Below, piece by piece: positions 1 through 11,313 of a stretch of DNA of 64,000 nt (within the stretch, counting starts at the first letter, position 1; every line of letters starts with the position of its first letter). The position numbers were made by a program, and so were the translations under genes. The notes under the pieces were generated by a model, which did no database searches, had not been told where the DNA came from, and was given only the letters and a program-made list of their open reading frames with translations. The stretch comes from Candidatus Eiseniibacteriota bacterium (GTDB taxonomy: Bacteria; Eisenbacteria; RBG-16-71-46; CAIMUX01; VGJL01): the NCBI GenBank assembly GCA_041946735.1, contig JBHGAY010000004.1, forward strand, positions 32,001 through 96,000, read 5' to 3'.

Positions 1-112
1 CCGGCCCCCTTCGGCCCTCATGGCCGCTCCGCAACCGCCGGCAGACCGTCCCGGTGCGTCGAACGGCGCATCGGACCAGTGACCAAGCAACAAGACCGAT
101 GAGGTGAAGTAG

Positions 113-745
113 ATGAACCGTTTCCATGAAAGCGTTCGCGTGCTGCGCGGGCTCTCGATTCTTTCCGGGCTCGTCCTCGCTCTCGGCAGCGCCTCGATCG
201 TCCGTGCGCAAGAAGCGCCCGGCGGCATGTCCGAAGAGGAAATGATGAAGAAGATGACCGAGCTGGCGACCCCCGGGGAGCAGCACCAGCGGCTCGCGCG
301 TCTCGTTGGCAACTGGAAGACGAGTGTCAAGATGTGGATGGGGCCGGGGGAGCCGACCACCTCTTCCGGCACGGCGACGTGCGAGAGCGTCCTCGGCGGG
401 CGGTATGTCCAGAGCCGTCACACCGGCAATTTCGGCGGCATGCCGTTCGAGGGACTCGGGATCGACGGCTACGACAACGCGAAGAAGCAGTACTTCAGCG
501 CCTGGTTCGACAATATGGGAACGGGAATGATGACGATGACGGGGCAGCCGAGCAGCGACGGAGATGGCATGACCTACACGGGCACAAGTTTCGAGCCCAT
601 GCAGGGAAGAGATGTCAAGATCCGAGAGGAGGTTCGCTGGCTCGACCCGAACAAGTACGTCTTCACGATGTACATGGAGATGCCCGGGCAGGACGGGAAG
701 CTCCAGGAGATGCGCGTCATGGAGATGACGGCCGAGCGGCAGTAG
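113..745 (+). CDS. DUF1579-family secreted protein
   Basis: Signal peptide; PGEQHQRLARLVGNW and FEGLGIDGYDNAKKQYFSAWFDNMGTG motifs typical of DUF1579; GAGGTG RBS upstream. Confidence 0.85.
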   Translation: MNRFHESVRVLRGLSILSGLVLALGSASIVRAQEAPGGMSEEEMMKKMTELATPGEQHQRLARLVGNWKTSVKMWMGPGEPTTSSGTATCESVLGGRYVQSRHTGNFGGMPFEGLGIDGYDNAKKQYFSAWFDNMGTGMMTMTGQPSSDGDGMTYTGTSFEPMQGRDVKIREEVRWLDPNKYVFTMYMEMPGQDGKLQEMRVMEMTAERQ

Positions 746-782
746 CTGTCGCGGCGGCAGTAGCAGTCGGAGCGGCAGGAGC
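736..782. repeat. Three imperfect 18-bp tandem copies spanning the stop codon
   Basis: GCGGCAGTAGC at 736 and 754, GCGGCAGGAGC at 772. Confidence 0.75.
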
Positions 783-885
783 CCCGTAGGAGGGGCAGCC
801 GCTTCCCTCGCGCGGCGCTTGCACACCGGCCGCCGGGCCACCATCGGGATGGCGCGGCGGCCGGATCACTCGGCGCTTTCCTCCG

Positions 886-1923
886 TCATCCTCCCAGGAG
901 ACGAATGCTCGGGAGCGACACGCTCCCCGCAGATCGCTTGCCCGTCTCGACTGCGCGCTGGAACTCTTCCGCCCCTTTCGGCTTCTGCCACACGCTCTGC
1001 CGGATCGTCTGCGCGATCTCCTCGTCGGGCGCGCCACGCCGCAGCGGGCCGCGGAGATCGACGCCGAGCTGGGAGAAGAGGCACAGGCCGAGCCGGCCCG
1101 ACGCGGTCATCCGGATGCGGTTGCAGGCTCCGCAGAACGGGTCCGTCAACGAGGCGATGAAGCCGACGCCGCCGGCACCGCCCGCGAAACGGAAGCTCTC
1201 CGCGACCCGCGCGCCTCGCGCGGTCGCCGGTTCGAGCTTGCGCTCCTCCTCGATCCAGCTACGGACGCGATCGAGCGGAAGGACGAGATCCGGGCGCCAT
1301 GCGGTCCCGCAGAGCGGCATGAACTCGATGAAGCGGACCTCGATCGCGAGACGTTCGGCCATCTCGCAGAACGCGAGGACCTCGGCCCGCTCGAGATCGC
1401 GCATCGCCACGACGTTCACCTTCACGGCGAGCCCACTCGTGAGCGCCGTCTCGATCCCCCGCAGGACGAGGTCGATCTCGTCCCGGCCGGTGATGCGCTC
1501 GAAGCGCTGCCGATCGAGGCTGTCGAGGCTCACGTTCACGGAGTCGAGACCGGCGTCGGCGAGGCGGCGCGCGAGCGCGGAGAGGCGCGCGCCGTTCGTC
1601 GTGAGCGCGAGCGAGGCGATCCCTTCGATGCAGCGAAGGCGCTCGACGAGCGGGACCAGGTCGCGGCGCAGAAGCGGCTCGCCGCCGGTGAGACGGATCT
1701 TCCGGACTCCGAGGCGCGCGAAGATTCGGCATAGCCGCTCGATCTCTTCGGACGAAAGCAGCTCGTCGCGCGGCTGCAGCGCGAAGCCGCTCGCCGGGTG
1801 GCAGTAGGTGCAGCGGAAGTTGCACAAATCGGTCACCGAAACGCGCAGGTAGTCGAGCCGGCGGCCGTGGCGATCCTCGAGGCACGCCGAGCCCGTAGCG
1901 CGTTCCGCCGCATCCGGTCTCAA
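886..1923 (-). CDS. moaA: GTP 3',8-cyclase (molybdenum cofactor biosynthesis)
   Basis: LDYLRVSVTDLCNFRCTYC radical SAM motif, RLTGGEP, C-terminal FCGACNRIR...CL cluster, terminal GG; TTG start at 1923 overlaps the upstream stop (TTGA). Confidence 0.95.
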   Translation of the reverse strand: MRPDAAERATGSACLEDRHGRRLDYLRVSVTDLCNFRCTYCHPASGFALQPRDELLSSEEIERLCRIFARLGVRKIRLTGGEPLLRRDLVPLVERLRCIEGIASLALTTNGARLSALARRLADAGLDSVNVSLDSLDRQRFERITGRDEIDLVLRGIETALTSGLAVKVNVVAMRDLERAEVLAFCEMAERLAIEVRFIEFMPLCGTAWRPDLVLPLDRVRSWIEEERKLEPATARGARVAESFRFAGGAGGVGFIASLTDPFCGACNRIRMTASGRLGLCLFSQLGVDLRGPLRRGAPDEEIAQTIRQSVWQKPKGAEEFQRAVETGKRSAGSVSLPSIRLLGG

Positions 1924-2567
1924 CGTTCCGGCTCCTCCGCCGGCGCGGGCAGCCGGCCGCCGGCCGCGTCGACGACCGCGACGAGAAGCGAGAGGAGGTC
2001 GCGCAGGCATGGATAGGGACAGTCCGCGGCCTTCCCGGCCGCCAGGCCGACCCAGCTCGCGACGTGCCGCTCCAGGTACTCGGATCGAGCGCGCCGGATC
2101 TGCTCGAGACGCTCGGAATCCGTCTCCGCCGCCTCCCTCTCGCATAGATAGCCGAGGAAGTCGAGCTGGTGGCGGAGATGGTCGGAGGTCTCCTCGCTCC
2201 CCGCGGAGAGGCGCAGGCCGAACGCCGCGTAGAAGAGGATATTCTCGTGCAGGATCCGGGGGACCGGATCGCGGCGCAGATAGTGCGATTCGATCAGCGG
2301 GACGTGCGGATGCGGCGCGCCCACCTCGAACGTCTCGATGTATTGCGTCTCGTACTCCCTCGCGGACCGGGGAAGGGGCGCGGGTCCGGACAGACCGAGC
2401 CGGGCCGCGAGATCCGTCCAGGCTCCCCACGTTTCCTTCGATCGCAGGAACTCCCATTGCTCGGCGCCTGGGGGACGGAAGAGGTCGCGGACGAATCGAA
2501 AGGCCGAAGCGAGCGCGCGAGCCTCCTCGCGATCCTGCCCGTCCGTCGCCGGCGGGATGCCGCTCAC
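1920..2567 (-). CDS. TorD/DmsD/NarJ-family molybdoenzyme chaperone
   Basis: VPLIESHY...FYAAFGL...ETSDHLRHQLDFLGYL...YLERHVASW; GTG start overlaps the upstream stop (GTGA). Confidence 0.88.
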   Translation of the reverse strand: MSGIPPATDGQDREEARALASAFRFVRDLFRPPGAEQWEFLRSKETWGAWTDLAARLGLSGPAPLPRSAREYETQYIETFEVGAPHPHVPLIESHYLRRDPVPRILHENILFYAAFGLRLSAGSEETSDHLRHQLDFLGYLCEREAAETDSERLEQIRRARSEYLERHVASWVGLAAGKAADCPYPCLRDLLSLLVAVVDAAGGRLPAPAEEPER

Positions 2568-3315
2568 GGGGCGCCCCCGATCTCGCGCAGCTCGTACCAC
2601 ACGCTGTAGAACTTCAGTCCGTCCCGCTGCTGCTTCTCGCCGTCCCAAACGGCAAAGGCGATGGGCGTCCCGGCGGCGGCCGGCGGGATCTGGAAGACGC
2701 ACTCCCAACCATCGGCCGTGCGTCGGACCGATCCGGGGATCGCTTGCCCCGTGCGGGTCGTCGTCCCGCGGCCGGCCGCGATCAGCCGCTCGAAGCCGCG
2801 CGTCCCGTGCCAGTAGTAGAGGTCGACCGGATGGGCCGCGTCTCCCATCATCAGCGACGGGAAGCTGGCCGCGTCCTGCGCGTTCTGGACGTTCTGCGGG
2901 AACATCACGCAGGCGGCGTCCGCAAAACGCTCGATATCGAGCGAATGCGCCTTGTAGATCGTCGAGTCGCCGGCATCGGCGATCCTTTCCGGGGACCGCG
3001 CACGGCTGTCGGTCGGATCCGCCCACCGCATCCGCACGAAGGTCGCTTCACCATTGGAGAGCAGCGACACCGCGGCGGCGGGACGCGCGCCATCGTCCGG
3101 GGGATCTCCGACGTAGAGCGGCGGCGTGCGATTCAGGGCGACCTGCGTCTCGATCGCCCCCCGCCAGGCCGGCTCCTCTCCGGCGACGAGGCTCGCCGTC
3201 GCGGCGATCGTGCGACCGCACGGGATCGTCGCTTCCGCGGCGGCCCGGCCGGCGACGCCCGCCAAAAGCACGAGGAGCACGAGGAGCACGAATCCGAGAA
3301 GAATGCGCTGCCGCG

Positions 3316-3319
<4 letters not shown>
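2564..3319 (-). CDS. Ethylbenzene dehydrogenase gamma-like (EbdC/DOMON-like) heme b subunit
   Basis: Signal peptide; VRMRWADPT, FADAACVMFP, SLMMGD (Met ligand), AFAVWDGEKQQRDGLK (Lys ligand); ATGA overlap with the beta subunit stop. Confidence 0.85.
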
Positions 3320-4583
<1,264 letters not shown>

Positions 4584-4587
<4 letters not shown>

Positions 4588-7580
4588 GCCCTCCCCTGCG
4601 CGCTCGAGGACGCGTCCGCCCAGGCGGCGACGGGACCGTCATAGCGCTCGATGTCGACGCGGATGTCCCGGTTGTTGCCGGTCGGCCCCCAGTAGTTGAG
4701 GGCGAAGTTCAAGTGCCCGTACCCGCCGATCAGCTGCGTCGGTTTGATCTTGATGTACGTGAGCGATTGCCACCCGCCGCGCTGGAAGCCGAGGTATCGC
4801 TCCCACCCGTGGTACATCGTCAGGCGGCCCGTCTTCTCGCCCGGCAGGATCTTCGCGCGAACGACCGCTTCCCCCTGCTTGTTGAAGATCCGCACCCAGT
4901 CGTTGTCAGCGATGCTGCGCGCCTTCGCGTCGTCAGGGTGGATATAGACGATCGGCATCCCGCGCTGCAGGCGAAGCATGTAGCGATTGTCGCGCCACGT
5001 GGAATGGATCGACCAGCGCCCGTGCGGCGTGTTCCAGTAGAATGGATACTCCTCGTCCTCCACGAGCGGCTTGTGCACCGCGAGCTCTTCGCCGAGTTCG
5101 AGAAACCAGTCGTGATCGATGTAGAACTGCTGCCGGCCGGTGAGCGTGCGCCACGGGCGCTTGAGCTCGACCTGGTGGGTGAACGGCGTGTAGGTCCGAC
5201 CTTCTTCGATCTCGCTGTTCCACGTGTCGGGATCGATTCCGACGAAACGCTGCGGGCCGTCCTGCAGGCCGCGGTAGGTCATCCCCTTCGTCTCCTGCGC
5301 ATGCTCGAGGATGAAGTTCACCGCGTCCTCGTCCGTCGCGAGCTTCCCTTCTCCGGACCATGCCTCGTGGAGGCGCGTGAAGTCTCGTGTCCACTGCAGG
5401 TCCGCGTCCTCGAACGGCGCGAGTCCCCGCGCCGCGGCGATCTCCGACATCTTGCTTGCGAGAGCGGAGAAGATGTCCCAGTCGGTACGCGATTCGTAGA
5501 GCGGGTCGAGCACCTTGGAGAACGGATGGAGGAATGAGTGGCAGTCGGTCGAGTTGATGTCGGTCTTCTCATAGTAGCTCGACGCGGGGAGGACGATGTC
5601 GCTGTAGAGCGCTGTCGTGTCCATCCGGTAGTTGATGTCGACGATGAGGTCGAGATCCTTCCACAGGGATCGCAGGATCGCCTCGTTGCCCTTCGCCTGG
5701 TTCAGATAGTTCGCGCGCCACACGATGAGGGATCTCGGCTTTCGCGGCAGATCGTGCATCGTCTCCGGCGTGAGGGAGGCGAGATCCTGCTTCGGCCAGA
5801 GCGGCATCCACTTCTTCCGCACCGACTCGAGGATCCACGACTCGATCGGGCGTCCCTCGATCGGATGGGGGTCGCTCTGGCGCGAATGGAGGTAGCTCCA
5901 GAGCGTCATGTTCTGCATGCGCTGCTTCTTCGCCCCCTCGGGGAAGGCGAGCGCCTTGAAACCATGCTCCGGCCAGATCCGCTCCTGCCCGACGTAATGG
6001 TTGAAGCCGCCGCCGTTCTTGCCGACGTTCCCTGTGAGCGCGACGATCAGGATCATCGCCCGGTTCGCGAGGTCGTTGTGGTACCAGTGGTTCGTGCCGG
6101 CGCCGTGGATGATCATCGCCGGCTTGCGGGTGAACAGGCGCGCGAACTCGACGAGATCCGCTTCGGCGATCCCGCACGCCTCGGCGGCGCGGGCAGGCTC
6201 GTAGGCCGGGTCGGACAGCATCTCCTTCACACGGGCGAAGACCGTGGTCACCTCGGCCGTCGCGCCGTCGGCCAGCCGGACGGTCCAGACTCCTTCGAGA
6301 TCCGGATCGACCTGCCCCAGCTCGATGCTTCGCGCCGTCGACCCCATGCTGCCCGGCACCTGGGCCACCCGCCCGCTCCGCGCGTCGTGCACGTAGAAGA
6401 CCGCGTCCGGATCGTGCGTGAGCTTCGGCGGCTGGCTCGCAGGCGCCGTCGGATCGCTCACCTGCGATGCCGTCTTCTTCCGCTTCTCCCACGCCTCGAC
6501 CTTCGGCTCGCTCCCCCGCTCGGCCGGGTCGAGATCACTCTCGCGGAGAAGCTTGCCCGTGTCGCGGCGCACGAGCAGCGGCAGGTCTGTCTGCTCCTTG
6601 ATGTAGGGAATGTCGATCGCCCCGTTCTCGACGAGCCAGCGCGAGACGGCGTTGGCGAGGATCACGTCGCTCCCCGGGCGGATCCCGAGGAACAGGTCGC
6701 TATGGATCGAGCTGGAGTTGTAGTCGGGCGACACGCTCGCGATCGTGGCGCCGTTGTAGCGCGCTTCCCAGGCGAAGTGCGCGTCCGGGATGCGCGTCGC
6801 GTTGATGTTCGATCCCCAGAGGACGATGTGCTTCGCGTGGAACCAGTCCGCGCATTCGCACGACTCCGTCTGGACCCCCCAGGTGATCGGTTCGCCGGGC
6901 GGGAGATCGCAGTACCAGTCGTAGAAGGAGCAGAAGACGCCGCCGATGTAATGCGCGAGCCGCGAGCCGGCCGAGAACGAGACCGGGGACATCGCGGGAA
7001 TCACCGAGAAGAAGGTGTTCGTGTCGGGACCGTGCTGGTAGATGTTGTCGAGGAGCTTCGAAGCGATCTGCTCGAGCGCCTCGTCCCAGCTCGCCCGTCG
7101 CCACTTTCCCTCGCCCCGCTCGCCGGCCCGGATCAACGGATACTTCAGCCTCTGCGCGCCATACACGTACTCGACGAAGCAGGCTCCCTTCTGGCAGCCG
7201 CGCGGGTTGTAGTCGGGCACGTCCTGGCTGATTCGCGGATAGTCGGCCGCCTGCTCCTCGCGGAGCATGATGCCGTCCTTCACGTAGACCTTCCAGGAGC
7301 ACGAGCCGGTGCAGTTGGCGGAGTGCGTGGATCGCACGACCTTGTCGTAAGTGAAGCGGCCGCGGTAGAGGTTCTCCCAGCCCCGGTACGGATAGGTCCG
7401 CAGGGGATCGACGTCGACGACCTGGAACGACTCGAGCGCGCGCGTCGGCCGGCCGAGGAAGCCGAGGATTCCGATCCCCGCGCCCGCCGCGCCGACCTTC
7501 AAGAAGCCTCGCCGGTCGATCCGCTTGCCCTCGCCCACGGGGGCCTCCTTCTTCTTCCTGTTGTCCTGTCCGTCCTTCAT
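4584..7580 (-). CDS. narG: Tat-exported NarG-type molybdopterin oxidoreductase alpha subunit (periplasmic nitrate reductase/NXR-like)
   Basis: Twin-arginine DRRGFLK; THSANCTGSC...PRGCQKG FS0 motif; PAMSPVSF; FYDWYCDLPPGEP (Mo-ligand Asp); HYVGQE; TPHGRWSIHS; ATG at 7580 overlaps the cytochrome c stop. Confidence 0.85.
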
Positions 7581-9166
7581 TGCGCGGCCGCCTGTGTCGT
7601 CGTCGCTGTCGCCTCCGCGGTCGCCTCCGCCTTCGCGGTCGCCGGCGCTCCGCCTGCAGCAATCCCGAGCGTCCGGACATAGGAAACGACGTCGCGGATG
7701 TCCGCCGGTGAGAGCGCGCCGCGTGCCCCCCATGCCGGCATCGCGGTGTTCCGCCTGCCCTGGGTGATCGTCTCGATGAGGAAGGCGTCGCTCGCGTACG
7801 CCTGGAACGCCGGGGAATCGAGCGTCGGCGCGACGCCGCCCCGCCCGGCCGGGCCATGGCAACCGGCGCAGTTCTTCACGAAGAGAGACCGCCCGCGTCC
7901 CGGATCTCCGATCGGCCCCGCTGTCGCTTTCATCGGAATCTCCGAGCCGCCTGCCTCGCTGGCGGCCGGGCGGATCTCCTCGCCCGCCACCTCGCGACCG
8001 AGCACGAACGAGACGATCTGGCGGATGTCCTCCTCCGACATCCCCCCGGCCGCGAGACCCCAAGCCGGCATGATCGTTCCCCGGCGCCCGCTGCGGATCA
8101 TCGCCGCGACGTACGCCGGGCTCGCCGCCGCCTTGAACGATTCCGCGCGTACGGCCGGGATGAACGAGCGGAAGAACTTGTCGTAGCGCCCCAGCTCCCC
8201 CGTGTCGTGGCACGTGGAGCAGAAACGGTTGTACAGATCGGCGCCGGTCATCGGCGCTGGATTTGCGGACGCATAGATCATGAGATGCTTCTCGGGAGTC
8301 AGATACGAACCGGGCAGGTCGCGCTGCTGCTGCGCGAGGAGGAAGGTAGTCAACGCCTCGGTCTCGCCCCGCGACAGCCCGGGACACGGCATCTGGCTCC
8401 CGGCGACAACCGCCTGCGGGTCGGCGAAGTGTTCGATCAACCACTCCGGGACGGTGTGCGGTCCCTGGATGCCGGCCATCGGGAGATTCCCGCGGACCTT
8501 CAGCCCCTCGTTGTCGAGAGCCGGCCCCAGGCTTCCTCCGCGCCCGCCGAGCTTGTGGCAGGACCTGCAGCCCTTCGCCTCGAAGAGGGCCGCGCCGGCC
8601 GCGTACGTCTCTCCTCCGTTCTCAGCCACTTCGCGCGCTGCGTGGCAGACGCCGCACGACGACTGCGTCAGCTCGAGCGGCAGGAGGGGATAGTCCCAGT
8701 GTCGGTCCTCCGCCTTCGCGTCCTCGAAGGACATCGCGCGTCCCTGCCCGCGATGGCAGATCGTGCAGCCGAACCGGTTCGGATCGTGCCACTGGAGATA
8801 GGCCCCCGGATGGACCCGGTGGGGATTCGCCACGTCGGTCATCCGCGGATCGTCGACCCCGTTGTGGCAGGAGACGCATCGGTCGATCGTCCCGATCTCC
8901 GGCAGGACGACCTGGCGCATTTCCACATGGAAGTCGTTCGCGATCTTCCGTCCCCGGTCATCGGTCGCCTTCGCGCTCAGAATGCGCTGGTACTCCCGCT
9001 GGTAATGCCTCCAGGGATTCCACACGTTCTCGCGGAGCGCGGCAGCGCCGAGCAAGGCGATCGTCAGGACGCTCATCGAGAGCAGCGCGAGCTTCACACG
9101 CCGGTCCCGCCGCTCCGCCTCCCGGCGCGTCGCCTGCGAGATCCGGGAGCCGTCCTTCTCGTTCAT
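7577..9166 (-). CDS. Membrane-anchored hexaheme c-type cytochrome
   Basis: N-terminal TM helix; six CxxCH motifs (CVSCH, CTICH, CGVCH, CRSCH, CSTCH, CAGCH); the last three are followed by SQMP/IMPAWG/AMPAWG distal-Met motifs. Confidence 0.92.
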   Translation of the reverse strand: MNEKDGSRISQATRREAERRDRRVKLALLSMSVLTIALLGAAALRENVWNPWRHYQREYQRILSAKATDDRGRKIANDFHVEMRQVVLPEIGTIDRCVSCHNGVDDPRMTDVANPHRVHPGAYLQWHDPNRFGCTICHRGQGRAMSFEDAKAEDRHWDYPLLPLELTQSSCGVCHAAREVAENGGETYAAGAALFEAKGCRSCHKLGGRGGSLGPALDNEGLKVRGNLPMAGIQGPHTVPEWLIEHFADPQAVVAGSQMPCPGLSRGETEALTTFLLAQQQRDLPGSYLTPEKHLMIYASANPAPMTGADLYNRFCSTCHDTGELGRYDKFFRSFIPAVRAESFKAAASPAYVAAMIRSGRRGTIMPAWGLAAGGMSEEDIRQIVSFVLGREVAGEEIRPAASEAGGSEIPMKATAGPIGDPGRGRSLFVKNCAGCHGPAGRGGVAPTLDSPAFQAYASDAFLIETITQGRRNTAMPAWGARGALSPADIRDVVSYVRTLGIAAGGAPATAKAEATAEATATTTQAAAQ

Positions 9167-9200
9167 CCTCGATCCCCCTCGCGCCGGCGCAGCCTCGGCA

Positions 9201-10829
9201 TCAGTGAACCGGCCATGACGACTTGCTCCAATAGAAGCCCCAGTTGGGACCGCGCAGCTCCGATCCCACGAAAGTCAGGACGACGAAGCCGACAAGGAAG
9301 CAGAGGAACAGCGCGATCGCCGCCGCGCGCGTCGATCCGGTGCGGTGCAGGATCGCGAGGGACCATCCGGCGTAGAGGGCGGTGAGGATCGTCCCGGGAT
9401 TGAGCGCGATGATCACGATCTGCGGAATCGACGGGAACCAGGTGCGCAGCCATCCGAACCGCACGGGGATCGCGACGGCGAGCACGGCGGCGACGAGCGC
9501 GAAGAGCGCGCTCTGCGCGGCGATGCGCCTGCCCCGCGGCCCGCTCAGCACGACGCCCGCCTGCTCGCGCTCCCGGTCGAGGAACGGAATCAGCCCGAGC
9601 CCCAGGATCGCGATCGCCGGAATCACCATCCCGCCGACGAAGGCCGAGTAGGAAACCATCTCCTGGAGCCCGAGGAAATACCAGGGAGCCTTCGCCGGAT
9701 TCTCCGGAACGGCGGGATTCGCGAGCTCCTTCAGCGGCGCGTTCCAGAACAAGCCGAGGACGAGACAGGCGGCTGCGCAGGCCATGAGGACGAAGAGCTC
9801 CGCGCGCAGCACGTACGGCCACGCCGGAATCGTGTCCGCGGGATCGACGTTTACCGCGGGAGTGCGGTCACGCACGATGCACATGAGGCCGTAGGTCTTT
9901 CGCGGCGCCTCGCTCGGCGCCGCGGGCACGCTCCCCGGAATCGCCGAGCCCTTGCCCGCCGCCGTCGGCGGCCCGTCGGGACGGCCCAGCCCCCCGTCCT
10001 TGCGGATTCGCCAGAAGTGGATCCCCGCCACCATCGCGAGGGCGAGCGGCAGCACCATGACATGGAGCAGGTAGAAGCGGATCAGCGCCTCTTGCCCGAC
10101 CGCGTTGGCGCCCAACAGCAATCGTTTCTGGAACCCGCCCGGATCGAAGAAGCCGGTGATCCCGATCGCGTCGGTCAGTTCGCGGGGGGAACCGGCGATG
10201 TTCGCGCCGATCGTGATAGCCCAGTAGGCGAGCTGGTCCCAGGGGAGAAGGTACCCGGTGAAGGAGAGTCCGAGCGTCAGCACGAAGAGCACCATGCCGA
10301 CGAGCCAGTTGAACTCGCGCGGCTTCTTGTAGCTCGCCGTGAAGAACACCCGAACCATGTGCACGAGGACGGTCACGACCATCAGGTGCGCCGCCCAGCG
10401 GTGGATGTTGCGGATGAAGCGGCCGGTCGGCACGACGTAATGGATGTCCTTGATGCTGTCGTACGCCTGGTCGATCGAAGGCTTGTAGTACACCATCAAC
10501 AGGATCCCGGTCGCGACGAGGATGAGGAAGAACGAGAGCGAGGCCATCCCCATCGCCCATGTGGTCGAGAAGCGCAGCGTGCGAACATTGACGCGCGTGG
10601 AATGAAGGTGGAGGAAGAGGTTCGAGAAGATCGTCTGCGACCGCGTCCGGTCCGTCTCGGGACGCCCGTGACGGAAGAAGGAGTCCCGCAGGTTTTCGGG
10701 AAGGCGGCGCAGGTTCTCCACGAACGGCCCGAACCCGCCGTCATGCTCGCGCTCGCCGTCGCGGCCGCGTTCGCCGTCACGCTGGCGGTCGCGGTCACGC
10801 TCGCGGCCGCGCGACTCGATCGTCGCCAT
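9201..10829 (-). CDS. Cytochrome b of a Rieske/cytb complex (b6-like plus subunit IV, fused)
   Basis: IHRWAAHLMVVTVLVH and LHVMVLPLALAMVAGIH heme-ligand helices, SFTGYLLPWDQ, KAPWYFLGLQE in place of PEWY; strong GAGGAGG RBS. Confidence 0.93.
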   Translation of the reverse strand: MATIESRGRERDRDRQRDGERGRDGEREHDGGFGPFVENLRRLPENLRDSFFRHGRPETDRTRSQTIFSNLFLHLHSTRVNVRTLRFSTTWAMGMASLSFFLILVATGILLMVYYKPSIDQAYDSIKDIHYVVPTGRFIRNIHRWAAHLMVVTVLVHMVRVFFTASYKKPREFNWLVGMVLFVLTLGLSFTGYLLPWDQLAYWAITIGANIAGSPRELTDAIGITGFFDPGGFQKRLLLGANAVGQEALIRFYLLHVMVLPLALAMVAGIHFWRIRKDGGLGRPDGPPTAAGKGSAIPGSVPAAPSEAPRKTYGLMCIVRDRTPAVNVDPADTIPAWPYVLRAELFVLMACAAACLVLGLFWNAPLKELANPAVPENPAKAPWYFLGLQEMVSYSAFVGGMVIPAIAILGLGLIPFLDREREQAGVVLSGPRGRRIAAQSALFALVAAVLAVAIPVRFGWLRTWFPSIPQIVIIALNPGTILTALYAGWSLAILHRTGSTRAAAIALFLCFLVGFVVLTFVGSELRGPNWGFYWSKSSWPVH

Positions 10830-10845
10830 GATCTCTCCTCCTCGC

Positions 10846-11313
10846 CTACGCCTTGTAGAAGGTCATCGGAGGGACTTCCCGCTCCGCGTCGACCAACAGA
10901 GACCCGTCCGCCGCCTGCGACACTTCCAGCCAGCGCAGCGGGCGCGGCGCCGGGCCGCGCCGCAGCTCGCCGTCCGGCCCGAAGCGCGACCCATGGCAGG
11001 GGCAGGCGAATCCATCCTCCGATTCGCCTACGATGCATCCGAGATGCGTGCAGACGAGCGACAGCGCCGCGATGCCCCGCGCGTCGGAGATCAGCCGGAC
11101 GTTGCGCTCGGGAACGACACGCGCCGTGCCGGCGGGGAACTCCTCCGGCCTGCCGACACGGAAGCGGCTTCCCGCCTCCGGCAGCACGCTCGGCTTCGGG
11201 AGCCGGGCCATCCCGATCACAGCGCCAAAGATGGCGAGCGCGGCGCTCCAGGAGCCGGCAAGGCCGAGGAAGTCGCGGCGAGGGATCGGTTCGGGTTCTA
11301 GGCGATGCGACAT
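10846..11313 (-). CDS. Rieske [2Fe-2S] subunit
   Basis: Tat-like PRRDFL plus TM helix; CTHLGC and CPCHGSRF boxes; GPAPRPL. Confidence 0.93.
   Translation of the reverse strand: MSHRLEPEPIPRRDFLGLAGSWSAALAIFGAVIGMARLPKPSVLPEAGSRFRVGRPEEFPAGTARVVPERNVRLISDARGIAALSLVCTHLGCIVGESEDGFACPCHGSRFGPDGELRRGPAPRPLRWLEVSQAADGSLLVDAEREVPPMTFYKA

Noticed and set aside
7581..8444. ORF-track N-terminal extensions (NarG 1286 aa, MoaA 523 aa, ParB 744 aa, M16 859 aa, Rieske 417 aa)
   Set aside because: They overlap upstream genes in another frame; better starts have an RBS or stop/start coupling, so these are not real fusions
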